Shown here: one piece after another, positions 1 to 12,850 of the stretch
Numbering within the stretch: position 1 is the first letter of the stretch
Layout of the letters: each line of letters begins with the position of its first letter
The notes under the pieces: model-generated
Seen by the model: only the letters and a program-made list of their open reading frames with translations
Told to the model about the DNA's origin: nothing
Database searches by the model: none
Program-made: the position numbers and the translations under genes
From: the human T2T-CHM13v2.0 reference genome, Homo sapiens
DNA length: 64,000 bases
Direction: 5' to 3' (one strand)
Assembly: GCF_009914755.1 (NCBI RefSeq)
Contig: NC_060927.1

Positions 1-66
1 TCTTTTCTCAGTCTCGTCCCACCTGACGAGAAACACCCACAGGTGTGGAGGGGCTGGACCCCTACA
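1..66 (+). mobile_element. 3' end of an ERVK-class LTR (LTR5/LTR13-like), cut by the window edge
   Basis: CTCGTCCCACCTGACGAGAAACACCCACAGGTGTGGAGGGGCTGGACCCCTACA matches the HERV-K-type U5 end with terminal CA; no PBS follows, so it is a solo or 3' LTR. Confidence 0.85.
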
Positions 67-1384
67 TTGATACATACAGCATTTAGTTTTGGGGACAGAA
101 AGGCCTTCCCCCACCTCCATCATCTTTTTCTTTAAAATAATTATGTTTGGGATAGAGGGTGTGGGAGGGATCACATACTGCAGAAACAGAGCAGTTTTGT
201 ACAGGAAGCAAGGCATAGTTACTTTCTGATTCCTGTGATGCATGTGAGCCAACAAAACATACAATATTTTCATTGCATACAAAGTTCTATATTGAAGAAC
301 AAATGTCCTGTTACTGATATCATTTATTTCAGCTTTGGGAACCCCTTGATTCTGCAGCCACAGCCAAGTGCTATGGCTGTGGAGGATTTTGGGACGGAGG
401 GTTTTGCTCTCTTTGAGTCAACGTGACTCACCCAGAGACTTTTTCCCAAGGAGTCCACATTAATCTGTGATATCTACTACTCCATTATCATGATAAAATC
501 TCTTAAGATTTCACCTGGTGGTTTTAACATATGCCTAAGAGAGTTTTTTAGGTGGTGGAGATAACTACAAGAATTTATCTAAATTGTTTTAAGTCAGTTT
601 CCACTTTCCTCTGAAGTCACTTTCATCAGTTCTGTAAACTCAGTTTAGGGAAATGGCCCCAATACTACTGAATGTCTCATCTATGGTTTCCTGTAGGAGT
701 TTGCATGCGTTAAGGAAATCTCTTCAAGAGGGCCAAAACACTTATATAGTAGGCAGGATCCACCAAAGAGAACAGTGACAACAAATCTGAGATTTTCACT
801 GTTGTCTCTGAATGGATCTAAAGGTGGCACTTTAGGCTGAAGGACAGACTAAGTCATAAAATAATGTGTATGGGCCCCACCCCATTATCTTCCAATCGAA
901 CCAGACGAACTGTTCACCTTTTGCTAGGTTGGCCCATAATATCACTGATTTTCCTCTTTTCATTATAAGTGTAGTGGCATACCTCTGTAACTGTTAGCTA
1001 AAAAGGGTCAACCTTCTGTCCATCCATAGAATGATCTTAATACTATTTGTTACAATGTGCACAGCTGAAATTGGCTGTCATGTTAGTGAGGAACGCACCT
1101 CACTTGGAGGAGAGTTAGGGTACCATTTGGGCCGCTGTCTTTGAAACTAATTTCAAGTGATCACCTTTGAACCACATCCTTAATACCCCCCCCCCAACAT
1201 CCCTGATTAATGGGCAATAACATGGAGGAGGTTTTATTGCCCAATTAACCTTGTGATTGGGTCAATGCTTGTTATTGATTCTCATAGTCTTCCCTCACAT
1301 CCTGTTAATTGCCCCATGAAGCTGTCATCCTTTCTTTTCCAGAAAACCATGTCTCTATTAGCACCCCAATCTTGTTGCCAAAAC
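67..1384 (-). mobile_element. Decayed ERVL-class internal region (leader/gag) belonging to the LTR at 1385-1819
   Basis: On the minus strand the LTR is followed by TGGCAACAAGATTGGGGT, a tRNA-Leu-like PBS (14/18 to TGGTACCAGGAGTGGGGT); gag-like remnant KGFPKAEINDI near 320-350. Confidence 0.5.
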
Positions 1385-1819
1385 TATCAAGAACTGTGAT
1401 GGATCTAAAAGCTTACCCGACTTACAAGTTAGCAAGCCAGCTGCTATATTTTCATGGAAACTCTTAGAAGATATAAAATTCATGGGTCAGAGACAAATAA
1501 AAATTTGTTACTCATATCAATAATAGTAGCCAATGTATCAGCATTTTTGTGCAAGTCCCAGAGCCCCAATTCCCACAGAGTAATGCAAAGAGATAGAGAA
1601 ATAATACCTGCACATGCAATGGGTTGAATTACTCAGAGAAACCCTGAGCTTAGGAAATTGAATTCTTTAATATATTAAGTATGATTGCTCTTTGCTCTGG
1701 AGGAAGGCTAAACTTTTCACTATATTCGCTTAAAAAAAAGGTCCAGAATAAAAGGTAGTTGCCTTGCTTATAAGATGTGAAAAAAATGTAAGAAACCCAT
1801 TAAGAATTGTTTCCCAACA
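1385..1819 (-). mobile_element. ERVL-class LTR (MER76/MER74-like)
   Basis: TATCAAGAACTGTGATGGATCT...TTACAAGTTAGCAAG...GGGTCAGAGACAAA...TTACTCA and terminal TTCCCAACA resemble this LTR group. Confidence 0.65.
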
Positions 1820-1902
1820 ATAATATAATATTTTATTCTGGTTGCTTTTATCACTACATATCACTGTACATATATATCACTTACCACTATATATGCTTAG
1901 GC

Positions 1903-1938
1903 TATATAGATATATATACATATATAGAGAGAGAGAGC
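1903..1938. repeat. (TA)n(GA)n compound microsatellite
   Basis: tatatagatatatatacatatatagagagagagag. Confidence 0.85.
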
Positions 1939-1959
1939 GCCTAAGAATATATATAAGAG

Positions 1960-2125
1960 ATTAGAATCCTAAAATCTTAGAAAAACAAGAAACTATTAAG
2001 AGCAGCTATTCCATTTCCTGTGTTTGAAAAACTGAGCCTGGAAAAATTAAAGAAGCTGGCCTATAGCCACTTAATTGGTTATATAGTATGAAACCAGAAC
2101 CTAGGTCTTGCTACTACAGGTCTAC
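1960..2125 (-). mobile_element. MIR3/MIR SINE fragment
   Basis: Core motifs AAACTGAGCC...AGAACCTAGGTCT. Confidence 0.55.
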
Positions 2126-3649
2126 CATATTTAATTACTCAAAGTTTTTAGAAAACATTTTAGAAGTGAGTGGCCTAAAACTTTAGTTCTACTCATATTC
2201 AAGGTTAAGGTAGGTCTTCATCCTTTGGTTTCTGTAGTTCTCTGTACACCTGCCATTCTGCCAAATATTTAAGCCTTCAATGAATTAATGAACATATGTT
2301 TGCAAAACACAAGGAAATAATCATTATTAATAGGACAAAGTTTAGATGTTATTACTTGCCAGCCAATGCTATAGTAAGGTTTAATTCTGGTAAAATGTTT
2401 GTCATCCATAGCTGAAAGTCAATTGAGAAAGTGAGTCTTACAATAATTATAGGGAAACTCCATAAATATCGTCATATGCTTAAACCTTAACTTGCTATTT
2501 TAGCCATTTTAAAACACACAATTAATGTCTCGCTGGTATATTGTGGCAGCATTTGAGCTCTCGTTTAAGTATTTTAAATAATTGAGCATTAAATAACAAT
2601 AAAAGCCAAATAGCAGTTTTATAGTGATACTGTTGCCAACAAGGTCTTAACTCAGGAGTTTGCTCCGCTATCAAAGCTTATCTTTCTTCCTATTCTCAGC
2701 ATTTGCCAGTAAAATGTTCTAATAAAGAATTTAAGCACCACAGTCCATAAGCTTAAATTATTCTCTTACACAGATTCTACCATTCCTAGGGAAAGCTAAC
2801 ATTATTAACTTTTGCTGGCATCTGTTAAAGTGTTCTGGATTTCCAGACCATGTAATATTTGCCATTCATTTGTAGAACATAGCTTTTACGAAGCCAAATT
2901 TGGCTGTCTGTACATTTTTCTTAGATATTGAGGATTTTATTTTAGATAATGGGGCCCTTTGTGAGGGATATAAAGTCACCTTTTAAACTTGGTGATAAAC
3001 TGCAAGTCATTGGCCCATTTTTTGTGTTTCAAGAACAAAAAGGTAAGGATCACTATCAATTTATGACAACTTAGCAAGATTTTTATATGGAGTTCTTTTG
3101 GAATCTGTGGGTTTCAAGCGAATGTAACTAACATTGGGTCCTTTGTAAATATAAAGGCTGAGAAGCTGGAAATGTATCTTGTTTATGACATGAGGCTTAA
3201 GAATAATCTTGTAATACAGAGGTTAAAAATATGAAATTTCCAACCATAATGGTGTATTTTATTAGCTGCAAACCCATTTGTGTAAGGTAATTAAAAATTG
3301 GGTTCTAATCTTTCTGTATTCATTACCTCTCCAGTGATATTTCTTCCTCAGCAAATGAAATTTTTAAAATACAAAGTTTATATTCAGTATAATAACTAAT
3401 GTTTTATATATTATTTCACCTATTCCTCAGGGGCATGCTATCACCTCTTCATCTTTACTATGCTTTGTGTTTTATTTTTACATTTATTCGCACTTTTTCC
3501 TATTTCAAATAGTATAGAATGATATCTCACTGTCATAATTTTCTGGAAGATTAAAAAAAACAAGAAAGTTCATATCAATTCATTAACTAAAGCATTGCTT
3601 TTCATACTTTAATTACAACAATGATATAGCAGTTACAAGCACTGAGTAA

Positions 3650-4120
3650 AATGTCCCTGGATGTAGTTGCCAAAAGAGCTAATAAGATATGCAACTGCCT
3701 TAATAGAAGTACATTGTCTTTAAAAAATGGGGTATCCCATGTTCTGTATGAGTTATGCCTCGATACCCTTTGTTCAGTTCTGAAAGTGATACAGAAGAAA
3801 TAACAACATGGAGTGAAGTCACAAGATACTAACCAGGCCATGATGGAACTAAAATTTGGCTACATGAAGATGGTGGAAGTTGGTGAAAGGGGATGTGTGG
3901 GGCTTTATTTAATAGCCATCTTTATGTGTCTGAAACACTTTCATTAGCATTTAACCCACATATGGGAATCTTCATGTCAGAAATAGAAGAAAAGGTAGAA
4001 GTTATGAGGAGGCAGTTTCCTCAACAAGAGTGGAAAGTTTTCAAAATGATCAGATCTATCAAAACTAGAATATTAGTAGTATTCTAATAATGCAAGTGTC
4101 CAGAGATGTGTTGAGAATGC
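3650..4120 (+). mobile_element. L3/CR1 LINE 3' fragment
   Basis: GTTGCCAAAAGAGCTAAT...TTAATAGAAGTA...TGTTCAGTTCTG...GTAGAAGTTATGAGGAGGCAG match CR1 RT C-terminal DNA. Confidence 0.7.
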
Positions 4121-4329
4121 TGTCAATAGGGTCCAAAGCTCTAATTGGGAACTTTACTAGACGATTTCTCAGCCTCTCCCAACTCTGCAAGCCTATGACC
4201 TTTATTTGTCTTAAAGCTGGTTGATATTTACACACAGGGAGACTCATTTGTGCCAGTAACAGTTCAAGATTAACCAAAAATTATGCTTGTTGGAAAAATT
4301 TCTAAAAATGTTGATACCAAATTTGGAGG

Positions 4330-4685
4330 TTGTTGTGGATGTGTCCTGTACTGCTCCCAGCTACCTTTGAAAATTACCTTTAATAAAGAGATATGCCATG
4401 TCCAAGATCACTCCCCCATTCCTTGGGGACCTGCAGCTGGTCACAAATTGAATTAGGAGTATACACACCCAGCCTCCTTATTTTAACTCAGGAAAACTAT
4501 AAAACACTGTTACAGCATCAGAGTTCTTTGTGAAGTGGATTGAAGTCATACTCTGACTGTGCTGTAACTCACAATCACAAGTTCTCAAATTCTCCTTTCT
4601 TCTCTTTACCCTAGAAGTGTTGATCCTCGGAGCCTTTCCTCATAAAAAATCCTGCATGCTCTTCTCCATCGGAGTTTGGTTCCTA
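4330..4685 (+). mobile_element. LTR16-family ERVL LTR
   Basis: Starts TGTTGTGGATG; ends GTGTTGATCCTCGGAGCC...ATAAAAAATCCTGCATGCT...CTCCATCGGAGTTTGGTTCCT, typical LTR16 R/U5. Confidence 0.75.
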
Positions 4686-4689
4686 AAAA

Positions 4690-7390
4690 AAATTGAGGTG
4701 GAAGTTTGAATTTGATTTTAAAGGTTAGAATACCTGCTCTCCTGGCAATAAGGATGTCAAGAAAATAAGGCAATAAGATGCTGGGTGGATTTACAGTACA
4801 GGGTAGCCATGTAAATTTAAAACATAGGATGAGGATGTCTGGGATTAGTGCAGTTGAGAATATTCTTTTACCAAATTCTGCTAAAACCTCTGTGTCTGCT
4901 GGAATAGAGTTCAATGCTTCATCGTTTTCTGAAGTCTTTTTACAGCCCCGATTGGACAACTCTTGCCCCCTCAGAAAATTCCCCTACTTTCCTTCTACCC
5001 ACTAAGGCAACAACTAGATTAAATCACCACATATTAAGGTCAAGGATGTCCTGAACTTCCTAAGAAAGGAAAAATAAACGATCATGAAAAAAACTATAGC
5101 ACCTAGAAAATATGTAGTAGAAGGATTCAGAAGACATTTAGAATTGTATTCTGCAGAAGTTCAATGGGGGCAGAAAAGGGTAGAAGAACATAAGTGGAGT
5201 AAAAAAGCGTTTCTTGATATGGAAGCAAACCCTCAACCCTCAAGATACAGGAGTTACCACCCTTGCTGGAACTCCTGTGAGACATTGCTAACAAACTGCA
5301 GAGATAGCTGGCTGTTAGAAGCTTGAACAAAATGATCAGCCAAAGTAGAACAGCCAGGAATGCCATCATAGACAGTGGAAGAAACGGATTCAGAGTTAAG
5401 AGAAGCAGGCACTCTCAAGTGGATAAACTATATAAGAACTGAAAACACATCAAATGACTGTCTAGCTATAAGAGCTCCCAAAGGTCATTCTGTTTACCAA
5501 GAGCATAAAGAACTTGGTGAGAAGAACTCCAGCCTCACTGTGAAGCTTGATGGTGACTGTACTTTGTAGACCAGGAATACCATAGGAAATATTGTTACCA
5601 AACTGGGATCAGTAACAGCAGTGAGGTTGATAGGATCCCTCAATAATAAAGGACATATGTGAGTTTCAATTGTCAAAGGCAGTAGCAAGATGAGAGTGAT
5701 AGCCAGAGGCAATAACCTGCATAGAAGTATAAAAATATTTATTAGAACCAAGATAGATGGGCAGCCACTACAGGTTTTACTCAATTTCTGTGACCAGAAC
5801 AAATCAAAAATAGATTATTAGAATAATGATAAGTAAAATATCACTACTTCTTTCCCTGTTTTTAGATCTGAATCACATTTCTGACCCAGAACTGCTGACG
5901 GAAGGAGAGGACAGATCCCCAGGAGACAGCACCATGCTGCACCATCAGTAAGAACTTCCCTAGACTTTTTCCAAAGGTATCTATGATTATTTACTCAGGT
6001 CACAATACCCTGGAGAAATGGGACTACCCAAGCATTGTGGAGACTGTGGGACACAGGGTCAGAGTTGATGTTGATACCCAGGAACTAAATGTATCATTGT
6101 TGCCCCCCAATTAGAATGGGGGCAAGTGGGAACCAGGTAACAAATGGAGTCCAGTCTAGGTCTAGTTCACAGTGACTATGTGACTCCATCAATAGATATT
6201 TCTGTCACCAGATTCATAGATAGAGTGAATATGTTTGGTAGCAGGCAGAATTCCCATGTTAGTTACTTGCCCTTTGGAGTAACAACTTTTGTAGTAATAG
6301 CCTATGAAACTGATATAGATTCATGTCTACTTTAAGAATAAAAAGAATACTGTGCTAATTGTGCCTATCATATTCAATTCACTGATCCAGCCCCTGCAAA
6401 AATCAAATGAATCCTGAGAGATGACAGTAAATTACTAATCAAAATAGTACTCTAATTGCAACTGTTTTGTCAAATACACTTTGACAAGGGTAACTTTGGT
6501 CAAGTCAATTAACACAGCCTCAGGTACGTGGTATGTGACCATTGATCTAGCTAATGTAATTTCAATCTCTATGAAAAAGACCAGAAAGAATTCACATTCA
6601 CTAGTTACAGACAACAGTACAAACTTATAATATTGTTCCATGGCTATATTAACCCTCAGCTTTCCACATAATCTCTTCTGATGGATCTAGAACTGATGGA
6701 CATCCAGCAGAATGTCCCATGGGTCCAGTATATAACATCGCACTAATCAGACCCAGGTAAGAAACAAGTGGCAAGTGGGTTGGAGGCCTTGGAAAGACAC
6801 ATGCACTTTAGAGAGCGAGACATACATTCTGTAAAGAGTTAAGATACTACCACATTAATACAATTTTTAGAGAACCAGTAGTTTATGGTATCCCAGGGCA
6901 CTCCTTAAAAATAAAAAACAATTAGCGTGTCCTGCAGCTTTCATCTTAAAGAAGGAAGCACCATTCCTTCTTTAAGGATGGCCACATTCTGGAAGATTTC
7001 TCTGGCTATTATACAGAATGACATGAATAACTGCAAAGTTTTAGTAGCATACTGTGCAGGAAAAAGGCTTTTTAGCAATCCAGGTTTTCAGATTTTGGTG
7101 TAAGTGACAATAAGCTTGGGTAATTTAACCTGACAGATCTTTTGGTCTTAGGTATATCTGTGACAGAAAAAGACATTATGTAGGGATTATGTAATGCTTA
7201 ATGGGAAAATTATAATGTAGTCTGCTGGGACTCCAGAGCAAGGCCATGCTATCTGCAAAGTAGAACTAAACTTAACTTTCAAATAACAGTTCCTGATGTG
7301 ATACTGGCTCTGCTAGAGATTCATCATAAGATGTCAAATGAATGTGGCTGGAAATGACCAACCGGAGCTGTGTTCTGTCAACCACACCAC
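4690..7390 (+). mobile_element. Decayed ERVL internal gag-pro-pol (HERV16/ERV3-16A3-like), 3' truncated
   Basis: Protease motif WRLWDTGSELMLIP (DTG at 6050-6058); RT remnants FNSLIQPLQKSNES*EMTVNY, INTASGTWYVTIDLAN and QYKLIILFHGYIN; many stops and frameshifts. Confidence 0.85.
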
Positions 7391-7409
7391 TGTTTGAGAG
7401 CTTATAGCA

Positions 7410-8110
7410 CGGCAAGGGTAGAAGCTGAGAGATTGGTTAAGAGGCTATTATAGCAATTCAGGGAGGTAAAAACTGGTGGTGCTAAGAAGTGCTCAGATTC
7501 TGGATATAACTTGAAGACACAGAGCTGACAAAGCATGCTGGTGGATTGGATGTGTGGTGTGATGGAAACAGAGGAACCAGGATGACGAGAAGACTTGGGG
7601 CCCAAGCAAAAGGGGGAAAAATGATTGGCCATGTCCTGAAATATCAACGAATGTGAGAGGAGATTTGTGAAGGACCAGGGCAACGGTGGAAAGAAAGTTA
7701 TTTAAGGCTCAGTTTTAGGCAGGCTAAATTTGAGACACATATTAGACATTCAAGTTGAAATGTCAAATAAGCAGTTGATAAACCAGTGTAGAGTCAAGGG
7801 GATAGGTCCGAGCTGGAGAAATAAAGTTGGTATTATTAGCATATAGATGATATTTAAAGCCGTGAGTCTGTATGAGATCATTAAGGGAGGATGCATAGCT
7901 AGAAAAAAAGTTCAATGATGGGGTGTTAGAACAGTCTCACATTTAGAGGTCAGGGAGTTGAAGGGGAGCCAGTTCCAGAGCCAAGAGAACAAGGTCAAGA
8001 GCAGGAATGAAGACAAAGACAGAATATTTTATCCCAAAACAAGTAAAGAAAGTGTTTCAAGGAGGAACGAAAGATTAACTATGTTGCAAGAGGCTACTAA
8101 GTAAGATGAT
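7410..8110 (-). mobile_element. L2 LINE fragment
   Basis: Minus-strand ORF 7402-7683 has PHIQSTSMLCQL, like L2 ORF2; TTTGAGACACATATTAGACATTCAAGTTGAAATGTCAAATAAGCAGTTG. Confidence 0.85.
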
Positions 8111-8689
8111 TCTATGTCATTATTTTGTTTCTTCAAATCTGTTTTACTTTGACAATTTTCATTTCCATATTTTCTTATTAGGACCCATTTTACCTCATTT
8201 CATCAGTTTTGCATCCTTGTTCACTCTTGTATTCCTCCTGAGCTGTTATGATAGTGCTTCAAATACAGTAGTGAGTGTTTGGCAGCCCATGTCCTCTGAA
8301 TTATAAGAGCTGTCTTTCTGGTTTGTAAACACAAGCATAAAACCTATCACAATTTGGACTCTGACCTTGTACTTCCTCCAAAGAATTCACAGTTCTTTTT
8401 AGACGTTACCTCATTAATCCTAAGGCATCAGTACATAGACATTAAAATTTATTTGGGAGTACATGTGAAGAATTAATTGCATAAAATAGGCCATGTAGAA
8501 TGTTTAAACTAAATAAAATAAATTTTTCTGTAGACAGTCTTATGTTTTTCATAAGCTCCTATATGCAGTTAGTCATAGAAGTCACACAGAATGGCTAATT
8601 GAAATATCAATCCAGATAACTCAACAAGAAAAAGATTTAGAATGTTGTGCCTGATTTAAATAGGCATAGCACAATACCAACATAATCAT

Positions 8690-8890
8690 CATTATCTTCA
8701 TCAGCATTATCTATGAGAAACCTTAGTCAGTGTCAGCACTGTGCTAAGTTCTTAAAATTATTATTTCTATGATAAGAGCCACTATTAAACCAGTGATAGA
8801 ATTGTCTACTTTAAAATAAGGAGTTCCAGGGTCAAAGACTGTAGGAAACTTGCTGAAGGTTACATAGATAAAAGTGATGGGCATGAAATG
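8690..8890 (-). mobile_element. MIR SINE
   Basis: GCACTGTGCTAAG...AACTTGCTGAAGGTTACATAG. Confidence 0.65.
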
Positions 8891-9029
8891 TGTATATATA
8901 ACCTAATAATAATAACAATGATGCCTAAATTTTGCTTTTAAAGGAAGAAGTAAGTTTCTTGCAAATAGTATCATGGAAGTTGAAAAGAGAAATCTAGATG
9001 ATAGTTTAAGCATACAAAATGGGAAACAG

Positions 9030-10130
9030 ACCAAATACTTGAAATTAAAAGTTGATTCTTTGGAAAAATGACTAAAATTAATAAGTATCAAGCAAAATTA
9101 AGCAAGGCAGTAAAGGAAATAGATAAACAAAATGTCTATATTTCTATCTATCTAAGCTAAAAACAAAAAGAAAAATTGCCCAGAGCTAGAAAAGAAAATT
9201 AGAGACTAACATCATTTATTAAAATCAATTCAAAAATCTAACACAATAAAAATGGTAAAGCACATGATTAAATATGCACATTTGAATTAGTCCCTTTAAT
9301 TGATACTGCTTGAGTTAATTTTGTCTTGTTTTCCTATAATTAAGAACATTCTTTTTACCTGCCCCTTCTAAGTATTATTTTGTTATTAATTGCATATGTT
9401 TTTTTGATTTGTTTATTATTCCCTTATTCGAGGCAATTCTATAAATTTTATTTCTATAGGAAATAGTGAACTATAGAATAATTTTGAGCAAGAAAATGAC
9501 TTGACTGCATTTTAGCTTTACCAGGAACATTCTGCCCTTGGCATGCAGAATGCATTCCAGTGGAAGAAAACGTACTAGAAAACCAGTTAGAATGCTTCTG
9601 TGAGATAAACAGTAAAGAATACAGGGATGTTTACAATGTGTGTGATTACCAAAATAAGGTAAATGCTGCAGATGTAACTGTTTAGTTAAAACTAAAACTT
9701 TCTTCCATAATACAGATATTTGTAAAGGATCTACAAAATAAACTTAATGCCAAAATTAGAGAAATTTATTATGTAAATAGTGTTAACTTTTTGAGTGCTA
9801 CTAGCAATATAAATTGTGCTTACAATTATTTGGTAAAATTACTAGGTGAATACAGTCAGCTCTGCAAGTAGAAAAATATTGAAGCTCTTTTTTATATGGG
9901 TTTAATAATAGTTAATTGTAAAATGTAATTGGAAAAATATACAAAACACCATTTTTTATATTTATATAAATATAAGTAAAATATAAGAACATAAATTAAG
10001 TAAATACATAGATATCTTAATAAAATAAAATTGAAAGAAAGTAGAAACCCTGCATAGGTAAAACCACACCATTTCACTGAAAAAATTAAGAAAATTTACT
10101 AAGCAGAGATAAGCAGTCTTTTGATGGATA
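9030..10130 (+). mobile_element. Highly diverged L1M/L1ME ORF2 fragments, with an L2-like piece at about 9460-9610
   Basis: AAAAGTTGATTCTTTGGAAAA...AAAATTAATAA; TGCAGATG; AAAACACCATTT...CACTGAAAAAATTAAG. Confidence 0.5.
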
Positions 10131-10399
10131 ATTTTCTTTAAAAATAGGTGTTTGTGTTAGTGATAGCACAAACAAATGAGATTTTTATGTATAAAATTCT
10201 GTTTCCTTTTTATAAATAAATTTCATGTTTATAGTTTGAAAAAATTATTCATTTTATTATAACAGTTATTCATGCATGTTTTAAGTAAATATCTAAATGA
10301 TATATATTTTAAATATTAAATAATTTTGTTTTGATGACTGCCATGGTCATTAATAACTTTAGTTAGCTTGTAGAACTAAAGATGACTCAGGTCTTGTAT

Positions 10400-11000
10400 G
10401 CTGCGTGGAACAGAGTGATTAAAAACATAGGCTTTCGAGTCAGATAAGCCCGAGATCAAATCCTAGTAGTGTCATTAATGAGCTTAATGGCCTTGGGTAA
10501 TGTTATAGGTCGAAATGTGTCCCCCAAAAAGATACGTTGAAGTGTTAACATCTGGTACCTTTGAATATGGCCTTATTTAGAAATTGGGTTTTTGCAGATG
10601 TGAGTAAATGATGATGAAGTCATTAGGGTGGGCCCTAACCCAGTAAGGCCTTAGAAGAGGGGAAGAGGCACAGAGACAAACGGGCAGAGAGCAGAATGCC
10701 ATATGATGACAGAGCCAGAGACATAAACAATGTGTCTACAAGCCAAGGAATGTTAAGATTGCTAGCAACACCAGAGCTAATAGGAAAACAAATTCTTCCC
10801 AGAGCTTCTAGAAAGAGCATGGGCCTACAGGCACCTTGATTTCAGAATTTTATTTAGCCCCCAGAACAGCGAGACAATAAATTTCTTGTTCTCAGTCAGT
10901 CAGTTTGTGGTAATTTGTTACAGCAACTCTGTAAAATTAATATAGGTAAGTAACTTAACTTATTCACGTTTTGGGTTTTTCCCTCTTTAAAAGAGACATA
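10400..11000 (+). mobile_element. MIR interrupted by MLT1C and by an Alu
   Basis: Head AGTGATTAAAAACATAGGCTTTCGAGTCAGA...GGCCTTGGGTAA resumes after the LTR as GGTAAGTAACTTAAC. Confidence 0.75.
10501..10944 (+). mobile_element. MLT1C-type MaLR solo LTR
   Basis: TGTTATAGGTCGAAATGTGTCCCCCAAAA...AATAAA...TTTGTTACAGCA; 5-bp TSD GGTAA at 10496-10500 and 10945-10949. Confidence 0.9.
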
Positions 11001-11001
11001 G

Positions 11002-11311
<310 letters not shown>

Positions 11312-11329
11312 TCATTCCCATTGAGTATT

Positions 11330-11645
11330 TAGTATCTCTGTAGTCTGAATTTCCTCATCAGCAAAATAGGAATAATAACATCCTTGTCATAGTGTTGTAA
11401 GAATTAAATGAGAATTAATAGTGTAAAACACTTACACCTGTACCTGAAACATAGAAAAAGTTTCATAAGTATTTGTCATTTTATTATTAAATTTGAAAAC
11501 CCATGCAATGTGCTTAACATAGTGCTTAAAGCATATAGGTTTTTGTTAAATATTATTTATTATTCTGACTAAATAATAAAGTTATGTAAAATACAGGGTG
11601 CCTCAAGCAGAGCAAGCTTTCAATAAATGTATGCTATTATAATTA
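11330..11645 (+). mobile_element. MIR 3' half followed by two further MIR-like tails
   Basis: TTTCCTCATCAGCAAAATAGGAATAATAA...TTAAATGAG...; tails ending in TATT runs near 11488, 11566 and 11642. Confidence 0.65.
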
Positions 11646-11879
11646 CTTTTGAAAATAAAATAATTTATATTTAAGTTACTATTTAAGTTTCTAGTGAAAC
11701 TAAAAAATTAATCTTTAAAATACTAAAATGATGGTTTAAAACTAAGTACTTCATTCCTTCACGAATTCTGAATTCTGGATGTCTGTTGGTCTAAATTTTA
11801 AAAATTTAAGACCATGTAGCAATTTTAGTTATTCTTAACGGAGGCAAACATTGGAATGCCTCAACTACAATTCAAAGGA

Positions 11880-12130
11880 ACACATTTATCTAAAAAGATT
11901 TATGAAAAGTTTAAGTGCCAAGAATTGTGCTACCTTAGGGAGGAAATAAAGTAAATATTATACTAGTCACTCCTAAGCTTGTAGTGCATTAAAGAGATAG
12001 ATATCAAGATGATGGTTAGATTAGAAAATGATGAGTGTCCTGCAGGGCTAAAAAAAGGTGCATTGTGAACACATAGCAGGGGGAGCTAATTTAAAATGGG
12101 CAGCAGACAAGTATTTCTAAAAGAGGAGGT
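11880..12130 (-). mobile_element. L2 3' end, diverged
   Basis: ATTTATGAAAAGTTTAAGTGCCAAGAATTGTGCTA...AAGCTTGTAGT. Confidence 0.5.
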
Positions 12131-12199
12131 ATACTACTAGAAAAAAAGTAAGAATATATATCACAGAGATTAATTTCCTAATTTAAAGAATTATTGTAA

Positions 12200-12850
12200 T
12201 TATACAAAAGATTGCCCTGCTTTAGGAAATAAACATTAAAGTATTTATGGGAAAAGGTATCATACTGTACCTGAAGCTTACTTTAAACTAGTTCAATAAA
12301 GTATTATATCTATACAGTGGTGCACTGCAGAATGATATTTTAGACAACTATGGACTGCATATATGATGGTGGTCCCATAAGCTTATAAATCTATATTTTT
12401 AGTGTATGTTTTCTATGTTTAGATATGTTTAGGTACACAAATACTTTATCATCGTGGTATAATTGCTTACTGCAGAATGTACAGTAACATTCTATACAGA
12501 TCTGTAGCATAGGAGCAATAGGCTACACCATATAGACTAGGTGTGTAGTAGGTTATACCAACTTGGTTTTTGTAAGTACACTCTATAATGTTTGCACAAC
12601 AAAACCGCCAAAGTACAAATTTCTCAGAAAGTATCTGTCATTAAGCAATGTATGACTTTATATGCATATATAATACATACATACAGTATATAAATACATA
12701 TATATGCTATATCTCCATATTAAATAAAAAAACAAAAATGGGGGAAAATATTAACAATATAGGGAATCTGGGTAAGGTTGTATGTACTATAATTATTTGT
12801 GTTACTTTTATAACTAATATATACATTTGAATTTATGTAAAAAAAGGGGA
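12200..12850 (+). mobile_element. Old L1 (L1ME/L1MC) 3' UTR split by Tigger3a
   Basis: TTAGGAAATAAACATTAAAGTATTTA...AAAATATTAACAAT...GAATCTGGGTAAGG. Confidence 0.6.
12315..12658. mobile_element. Tigger3a (MER7A) non-autonomous DNA transposon
   Basis: GGACTGCATATATGATGGTGGTCCCATAAG...AGGAGCAATAGGCTACACCATATAG...TTAAGCAATGTATGACT; TA flanks. Confidence 0.9.

Noticed and set aside
2946-3042. Candidate 97-nt plus-strand exon (TTTTAG|...AAAG|GTAAGG) reading IMGPFVRDIKSPFKLGDKLQVIGPFFVFQEQK
   Set aside because: No recognisable homology, phase does not join the 13.2-kb candidates, and isolated signals like this are expected by chance in 64 kb
3602-4277. Short ORFs at 3602-4277
   Set aside because: They largely overlap a CR1/L3 fossil
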